Assembly: GCA_008632985.1 (NCBI GenBank)
Contig: QPGO01000027.1
Location: 620,001 to 684,000 of the forward strand
From: Psammoneis japonica
Lineage: Eukaryota
Length of the DNA stretch: 64,000 nt
Direction: 5' to 3'
This document shows positions 61,591 to 64,000 of the stretch, piece by piece (within the stretch, counting starts at the first letter, position 1; every line of letters starts with the position of its first letter). The position numbers and the translations under genes are program-made. Below the pieces are notes generated by a model. It searched no databases. It saw only the letters and a program-made list of their open reading frames with translations, and was not told the origin of the DNA.

Positions 61591-61670
61591 TTTATTTACC
61601 TCTCATGAATACTCTCTCTCTATTTTATTTCTTCTAATCTCAAACTGTGCTGGCATTGTTGTTCATCGCC

Positions 61671-62969
61671 ATGAGTGTTAGACATTCTGATAACATCCCG
61701 CGGTTCCTCCCTCAAACCGAAAACAAGTGGCCATGGGCCAACTGCACCGTTGGGGAAGAAGCCATGCTTCGTAAGTTTCCTTTGCTTGCTGGGTTGAACA
61801 TTCCGCTCGGCATGACCCCTGCCGATCAAGCCTGTCGAGATGGCATCTTGGCGAGTCTTTTGAGTGTAAACGACAGCACTAGCGGGAAACAAAGAATGAA
61901 GGGATTGAAGGATAAATTCCAAGTTACGGGCGGCAACAACACCGACCACGTCTACGTCAGAGTGCCCCAAGGCAAGGGGGAAAGCGACAAAGCACATCGG
62001 CGCTTGCACGATTTCTTTGACTTGGTGATTGGAAGCTTGCCGAATAACCTCACAGATGAAAATGATGAGGATGACGAAGAAACGAAAAAGATAGAGTGCT
62101 GGCTCCAGTGGGCTGCGAAAAAGCATCCGAAAGTCTTTCTGAAAAAATGCAAAGAGCTTCAGGAAACAGCGGAAGAATGTGAAAAGAAAAGGTTGAAAAA
62201 GGAACCCTTCCAGGCACCTCCGGATCTTGAAATGTACGACGGGGGAGACCGTGAGGAACCTTTGCACGTGAATTGGAATATCATGTACCGGGCGCTCAAA
62301 GCCTACAAGGAAGAGCACGGCGACTGTTTGGTATCGTCCAGATCAAAGGAACACCCACCCGAGCAGGAGGAGCGACTGAAAAAGCTTTCTCGCTGGATAA
62401 ATTCTCAGCGATCGGCGAGACGCCAGAAGAGTGCTTCCTTAACATCGAAGCGTATAGAACTGCTGGATTCGATTGGATTTGCGTGGGAACTCAACCGGGA
62501 CCACGCGAACCACGTGGATGACGTTCGCTTTCAAAAGGCAATCGCTGCCAAACTCTTCTTCCAAGAAACCTTGACAGCTAAAGAAGCCATGCTCATGTCG
62601 GGGTACCCGCTAGAGGAAGCCACAAATGACAACAGAAAAAAGAACATGAACAACATTGTGTGCCGTTTCTACTCGAAAAGGTTCAAATGCTCCAATGCAG
62701 TCGAAAAAATCTTAGGTATTCTTCAGCAAACCTATTTGGGCAACGAAGAAGCAGTTCTCCAACAGGTTTTTGGAACACACGACATTGTACCAACTTTGAT
62801 CCAACAGGGCAAGCTGGTTGCTCGTCCTGCAAAGCGACAAAGTGCTGATGGCGACGATGATGATACCAATCACAGCCACGAGAGCAACAGCGACGACATG
62901 AATCGTTCACCGCCCCGGAAACGACCGGCCTTACCCTTGCAGCGGTACCAAGACCGATATTGGACGTGA
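61671..62969 (+). CDS. Single helicase-associated (HA) domain protein
   Basis: NWNIMYRALKAYKEEHGDCLV...LSRWINSQR...LTSKRIELLDSIGFAW. First ATG at 61671. Confidence 0.8.
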   Translation: MSVRHSDNIPRFLPQTENKWPWANCTVGEEAMLRKFPLLAGLNIPLGMTPADQACRDGILASLLSVNDSTSGKQRMKGLKDKFQVTGGNNTDHVYVRVPQGKGESDKAHRRLHDFFDLVIGSLPNNLTDENDEDDEETKKIECWLQWAAKKHPKVFLKKCKELQETAEECEKKRLKKEPFQAPPDLEMYDGGDREEPLHVNWNIMYRALKAYKEEHGDCLVSSRSKEHPPEQEERLKKLSRWINSQRSARRQKSASLTSKRIELLDSIGFAWELNRDHANHVDDVRFQKAIAAKLFFQETLTAKEAMLMSGYPLEEATNDNRKKNMNNIVCRFYSKRFKCSNAVEKILGILQQTYLGNEEAVLQQVFGTHDIVPTLIQQGKLVARPAKRQSADGDDDDTNHSHESNSDDMNRSPPRKRPALPLQRYQDRYWT

Positions 62970-63382
62970 CCTTGTGCGTGGACACATCTTGCAATTGCTG
63001 TTCCCTCGGTAGTCCTCCAATCTCCTCCTGGTATCAGTGGATCTTCCGTGTCGCAGTTCTCTGTTGAGGTGGTGTCGAAAGTAAGAGTTTAGGACAGTCT
63101 GTATAGCTAACTCTGGAGTAACCGAGGTGCACTTTGTTACTCTCTGTACTAAAAATATTGACGTCTACTAGCTATAGCAAACCAAAACGGTAGCCAATTC
63201 ATATAGTTGAAGGGGGTTCCCGCGATGTTGTTGTTGTTGTGTAATTTCTTTTGCAATTTGGATTCCAAGGAGAAACTAATTCTCTCCCATTCTCAAATGA
63301 AGCTATGCACCCAGCTTAGTTTGGATCAGCACCTCTCGTAGAGACAGACTACGTGCATCTGAAACTCTTCGTATTTTCTCAT

Positions 63383-64000
63383 TTACCCAAACAGAACAGT
63401 AGACATTGATACTGCCAGTACCCACGATACAGTGGTTGTACTCGGACTCCATGTTGCGGACTGCGAATCCATGGGAGAAGGACCAGGCGTAGCGGTAGTT
63501 GGGGAAGGACAAGCTGACCCATCGCTCACCTGTCTCTGAAGCACCAGTGTCGCTTCTTCGTTGGTAGACAGAAATTCAAATACGTTGTACGCACACCGAT
63601 ACACCGCTTGAATGTGATCACCTTCAAGCGGGTTACCAAGAAAGGTTGACCCATCTACAACATTTTCATGTGCAAAAAGATCTGTGGTGAACTGATAGGA
63701 TGGGATGATTGAATCTTGAGGACTGAAACACAAGGTCGTATTTGATGTGATGTTGGACCAGTCTTTCACAATGCCGTTGCTCAGGATCGCCTCGCATAGC
63801 AGTTCCGTCGTTGCATCAACAGCCTCACTTTGACAAGGATTCGTGAGGTTCAAGGCATTTGCCTCTCGAGCGAGGATGAGTAAATTTTCGTTCACAATTT
63901 TAAGGGGGTAATCCATTGGCATCAATTGAAACCATTCCTCCCCTGAGACTGGATCAGGACTTTTTAGCCATGCCACGACATTTCGATTAAAATCATCCGG
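63383..64000 (-). CDS. C-terminal part of a probable secreted alpha/beta-hydrolase (lipase-like) with hydrophobic tail; 5' end outside window
   Basis: Frame open to the window edge. LCFSPQDSII and GDH are candidate Asp/His positions, followed by a Ser/Thr/Pro linker and a hydrophobic C-terminus. Confidence 0.5.
   Translation of the reverse strand, partial: PDDFNRNVVAWLKSPDPVSGEEWFQLMPMDYPLKIVNENLLILAREANALNLTNPCQSEAVDATTELLCEAILSNGIVKDWSNITSNTTLCFSPQDSIIPSYQFTTDLFAHENVVDGSTFLGNPLEGDHIQAVYRCAYNVFEFLSTNEEATLVLQRQVSDGSACPSPTTATPGPSPMDSQSATWSPSTTTVSWVLAVSMSTVLFG

Overview
Eukaryotic nuclear DNA, most likely from a pennate diatom. This is inferred from GT-AG introns, DUF6824 and HA-domain gene families, CoDi-type copia relics and an ASAFAP-like plastid presequence. 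The window alternates sharply between two kinds of sequence. Gene islands of normal composition (about 1.95-4.35, 20.65-33.8, 38.1-40.5, 44.0-47.1 and 61.6-64 kb) carry a DUF6824 protein, a 9x HA-domain protein, DBP10/DDX54, a coiled-coil protein, a nocturnin-like phosphatase, RPS15, a chromodomain-JmjC protein, two Crinkler-like NTPase+REase paralogues, a single-HA protein and a partial lipase-like gene. Long blocks (about 1-1.95, 4.4-20.6, 33.85-38.1, 40.5-44.0 and 47.1-60.0 kb) are mosaics of dead transposon, host-gene and bacterial-gene fragments. The main finding is that these blocks have lost both CpG and TpA, each converted to TpG/CpA. Conserved Tyr codons read as Cys/His in every recognisable relic, and paired repeat copies show TA->TG/CA directly. 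This points to a domain-restricted A:T->G:C hypermutation process at TpA, acting alongside CpG decay and running opposite to fungal RIP. All compositional statements are from reading by eye, with no counts or database searches run.
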